From an uncultured bacterium (GTDB lineage: Bacteria; Babelota; Babeliae; Babelales; JACPOV01): DNA of 64,000 nucleotides. The position numbers were made by a program, and so were the translations under genes. The notes under the pieces were generated by a model. It was not told where the DNA came from, did no database searches, and saw only the letters and a program-made list of their open reading frames with translations. The DNA lies in NCBI GenBank assembly GCA_963744715.1, contig CAVUUR010000006.1:32001-96000 (forward strand), read 5' to 3'. This document shows, one piece after another, positions 60,333 through 64,000 of the stretch; the stretch's first letter is position 1; each line of letters begins with the position of its first letter.

Positions 60333-61356
60333 CTAATCAACATCATCATAATTAGATCGACACAAAGACGTTCTACGAATCCAGGGTCCTAGCAAACGAC
60401 CATTATCCATTATGTATTCTGCGATATCTTCTCTTCCAATTCTATTATACCCTAAGTTGATGGTCAGAGTATGCCTAAGATCCTGGCAACTAACGGATAT
60501 ACTTTCTTTAATATTATTACGAGATGCATTTATTTCCCTAATATTAGGAAAGTTTTTTATAATAATCGCTTCGTCTAGTTTTTTCAACTTGTTATTCTCC
60601 AGAGATACAAACTTTACTGAGTCTCTAGGGAATTGCAATCTTTCTATTCCATCAAGTGATTCAAGCATTTGATTGCTCAAATCTATTCTATCTATTCCAT
60701 CTATTGTTTGGAAATATATCATTTTGCTTTCTAACAACAGTGTATTTACTGATCTTTCTTGTCCTACCAATTTAATGCGAATTTTATGTATCGCTTCCTT
60801 CTCGTCATGAGTTAGGCTTTCTTTTTCCCACGGTTGTAATATTTTCTTTTCATATAATGCCGCGAGCTTTTGTCTTAGTTTTACAGGAGCTTCCAAATAA
60901 TCTGCAGCATGAAACGTTGCTTTAATTTCTTGATTAGTTAATTGATCACATATTGATATTTCCTGCATACCTTTTAACAGTATATCAATAGCTTGACCAT
61001 CCAATGGAAGATCAATTGAAATAGGAGCGCGGCAATCTTTCAACATATTTTTTAACGTTTTACATCGTTTTATTTGATCAACAGAGACAATAATTGAGTT
61101 ATTTGAACAATTAAGTACTATCTTTTTTGCAGTAGTATTTTTTTGATTTTTTTTTATCAAAGGCAAACAATAGAAATCTTGTAGATGCTCTGTAAATGAA
61201 TTATGCAAAAGGGGAATTTTTTCTATATTTTTAATACACAAAACACCTTGATTCATTCCCCGTGAAAAACGCCGATAATAAAAGCATTAATATATTAACA
61301 AAAAATAAATTTTTTCTCTTACTTACGATATTGATAATAAAAGTTATTGTTTTCAT
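60333..61356 (-). CDS. Skp1/POZ-like plus LRR protein; signal peptide separated by one apparent indel near 61265-61270
   Basis: IVL...CKTLKNMLKD...IDLP...FHAADYL (Skp1-like); IDLSNQML, VSLENNKL, INASRNNI, INLGYNRI (LRR). The main ORF is 60333..61256. Confidence 0.75.
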
Positions 61357-61692
61357 AATTAAATTATAGAACTTTCTATGCTTACTAAAATAGCAATGAT
61401 AATAAATATTTCGCAAAGAAATCAACGTTAGACTTTATCTGCTTTATATTGTTTTATAATTTTACACAAAAATTACAAACAGTCTATGTGAAAAAATCGA
61501 AATATTATACAATCACCAGAGAATCATCGTAATGTTAATTATTTACATCTTAATTATTTTTCTACTCCATAAAATCACGCAAGAGATTGTAAATTACCAT
61601 TCATATATCTCTAATACCTCATAAAAAACTCTTGATTTTATTAGCATATTAGTGCTTAACTTGAAAAAGAAAATAAGGGTTAGGGGGAAATA

Positions 61693-62183
61693 ATGAATAA
61701 GGTTGGACACAAGAATAATGGATTTACGTTAATTGAATTAATGATTGTTATTTCCATTATTGCTTTTCTTTCCATGATTTCAATACCAAACTTTATTCGA
61801 TTTTTAGCAAAAGCAAAACGAACCAAGCCTATATGAGTTTAGGTTCTTCATATGTGGCAGAAAAATCTTATTGGGCAGAACACGGCCACTACACAACGGT
61901 TTTGAATGGCAAAGATGGGGTTGGTTGGCAACCGGAAGGATATTCCGGCGGTGGTAGAATGAGCGTTTTTATTATACCTACGGATTTGCACAAGGCCAAG
62001 AAGGTCTACATTATTTTACTGGTAAATTGGGTGCTTCATCCTCACAACTGAACAAAAAAAGCTGATACCACAACATTTCTTGCTGCCGCAGCACAGAACC
62101 TTAATAATGATGGCATTGCTTATCTATTAACGGTAAATCACTATAATAATATTACCTTAGTTCGTGATGATTTAAATAAATGA
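61693..62183 (+). CDS. Type IV pilin (prepilin), frameshifted in this sequence
   Basis: MNKVGHKNNG|FTLIELMIVISIIAFLSMISIPNFIRFLAKAKR, continuing in other frames (AEKSYWAE, GWQPEG); the stop overlaps the next ATG (ATGA). Confidence 0.85.
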
Positions 62184-62716
62184 ATCGATATTATTGTGCA
62201 TGTTTTGTTGTTCTTTGTTACGGCACCAGTATAATGTTTAATACGATCCTCACCATCTATGCAACCAATGTTAGTGCCGCCAAACATGTGATAAAAATAC
62301 CAACCGCTTGGTACTGTGGTTTTAAAACCATCGCCGCTGATTTTTATTGGTGTTTGCTGCAATTGCACGATGATATAAATGCTGAATATATTTTTCACAC
62401 TGCCGACAACATTACCGATCTTGATCCGCATTATAATATTGTCTATCGATATGCAGCGATTCGTTTATTAATTGAATATTCTGATGCAAATTTAGCAACA
62501 ACGCTCCTTGAAAAAAGTCTTCCTTCCTGTTTTAATAATGATGATTGGCGCATATATTTTTATTTAGTCTATGCCTATAAATTTTTTCTGCATGATCAAA
62601 CAAAAGCTCATCACTATTACGCTGTCATGCGTCAACAACAATATACTAACAATCATTACCTGAAAAAAGATCGTAATCTTCCACCTGAATATCTTTTTTC
62701 AGGGCACGGTATTTAA
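62180..62716 (+). CDS. TPR-like protein coupled to the pilin gene
   Basis: ADFYW, ITDLDP.Y...Y, A..LLEK......WR..FY, A..YY helical-repeat pattern. Confidence 0.6.
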   Translation: MNRYYCACFVVLCYGTSIMFNTILTIYATNVSAAKHVIKIPTAWYCGFKTIAADFYWCLLQLHDDINAEYIFHTADNITDLDPHYNIVYRYAAIRLLIEYSDANLATTLLEKSLPSCFNNDDWRIYFYLVYAYKFFLHDQTKAHHYYAVMRQQQYTNNHYLKKDRNLPPEYLFSGHGI

Positions 62717-62823
62717 ATTCTAAAAAATGGGATACAATCTTTTATCATAAGGCTACCAATCAGGAAAAAAATTATAGATTGATATTCTACACCTAATTTT
62801 TTTGCACTATTTTTTAGGATTTT

Positions 62824-63888
62824 ATGTTATATCACATCGCAATGGCATTAAGACCATATATATCAGTGGGTAATATTATTCATTACGTTAGTTTTCGTTC
62901 TTTAGCAGCGTTATTAACATCGCTCATATTTTCTTTTTTGTGGGGCGAAAAATTTATTGAATTTTCAAAACAATTTTTTCGTGCAAAAGCACGCGCATGG
63001 ACGCCAGAATCTCATCGCATGAAAGATGACATGCCTACCATGGGTGGTGTATTTATTTTATGTGTAGTTATATGCACCTGCTTATTGTGGTGCAATCTCA
63101 CCAAAAAAGAACTCTGGATTTTTTTAGCATCATTACTTAGCTTTGGTGCCATTGGTGGCTGGGATGATTGGAATAAAATTAACTATAAAAAAGGAATTTC
63201 TGCTCGCAATAAATTATTTTTGCAATGCATATGCGCCCTTTTTATTATGAGCATGATAGTATACGCATTGCATTTTTCAACTACCGTATCGATACCATTT
63301 TTTAAATGGCTCAATCCGGATATCGGATTATTTTTTATTCCGTGGGGGATGTTTTTATTGGTTGGCACCAGCAATGCCGTGAATTTAACTGATGGCCTTG
63401 ATGGCCTTGCGATTGGATCACTCATTCCAAATTTTGCTACATTTTCCATCATTGCCTATGCAGCCGGTCACTATGGTATTGCCTCATACTTGCATATTCC
63501 ATTTGCGCACAGTGCAGAATTATCAGTTATTGGTTCGGCGTTAGTAGGAGCATCAATTGGTTTTTTGTGGTACAACACCTATCCTGCACAAATTTTTATG
63601 GGAGATGTTGGGTCGTTAGCGTTAGGGACAAGCCTTGCTCTTATGGCACTTATGACAAAACAAGAATTATTATTACCTATTGCTGGAGGGCTTTTTGTCA
63701 TTGAGGCGCTCTCAGTAATTATTCAAGTTTTTTCATACAAATATTTGGGAAAACGCATGTTCAAAATGGCACCTATTCATCACCATTTTGAATTATTAGG
63801 TTGGCAAGAATCAAAGATAACCATTCGTTTTTGTATTATCTCTTTTATTTTGTGCCTTCTTACCTTAATGACCTTAAAAATGCGTTAA
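62824..63888 (+). CDS. mraY: Phospho-N-acetylmuramoyl-pentapeptide transferase
   Basis: PTMGG, DD..K, SNAVNLTDGLDGLA, FMGDVGS, MAPIHHHFE. Confidence 0.98.
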   Translation: MLYHIAMALRPYISVGNIIHYVSFRSLAALLTSLIFSFLWGEKFIEFSKQFFRAKARAWTPESHRMKDDMPTMGGVFILCVVICTCLLWCNLTKKELWIFLASLLSFGAIGGWDDWNKINYKKGISARNKLFLQCICALFIMSMIVYALHFSTTVSIPFFKWLNPDIGLFFIPWGMFLLVGTSNAVNLTDGLDGLAIGSLIPNFATFSIIAYAAGHYGIASYLHIPFAHSAELSVIGSALVGASIGFLWYNTYPAQIFMGDVGSLALGTSLALMALMTKQELLLPIAGGLFVIEALSVIIQVFSYKYLGKRMFKMAPIHHHFELLGWQESKITIRFCIISFILCLLTLMTLKMR

Positions 63889-64000
63889 TAAAAAATTTAT
63901 TTTCCTACGCAAAATTCTCTAAAAACGGCATCCATACCCTGCTCACTAATTGTTTTTCCGGTAAGCTCCGTTAAACATTCAAGAGCATCTTTTATATGAT

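Overview
AT-rich bacterial chromosomal segment. It carries a complete minus-strand rRNA operon (16S-tRNA-Ile-tRNA-Ala-23S-5S) and scattered housekeeping genes (lysS, gmk, prfB, leuS, trxA, bamA, cysS, uvrB, recO, tal, rplU, mutS, uvrA, mraY). These are interleaved with many signal-peptide-bearing orphans and eukaryote-like proteins. Gene content and style suggest a reduced-genome, diderm intracellular parasite of protists, most likely Ca. Dependentiae/Babelota (TM6); this is inference and needs a 16S check. Highlights: (1) class II LysRS fused in frame to a stand-alone-type B3/4 tRNA-editing domain; (2) a putative secreted host-manipulation set: an Nca2/DGS1-like mitochondrial-type protein, a Skp1/POZ-LRR fusion, a cPLA2-type phospholipase, a signal-peptide HD dNTPase-like enzyme, Zn-finger/NLS proteins and tandem GH18 chitinases, several sharing a (G/S)-M-(E) motif after the signal peptide; (3) a four-gene tandem family built from an unrecognised repeated domain; (4) dense frameshifts in leuS, mutS, uvrA and the pilin gene, plus single ones elsewhere, probably consensus errors. 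No CRISPR array, transposase or prophage was seen. All family assignments are by motif recognition, not database search.
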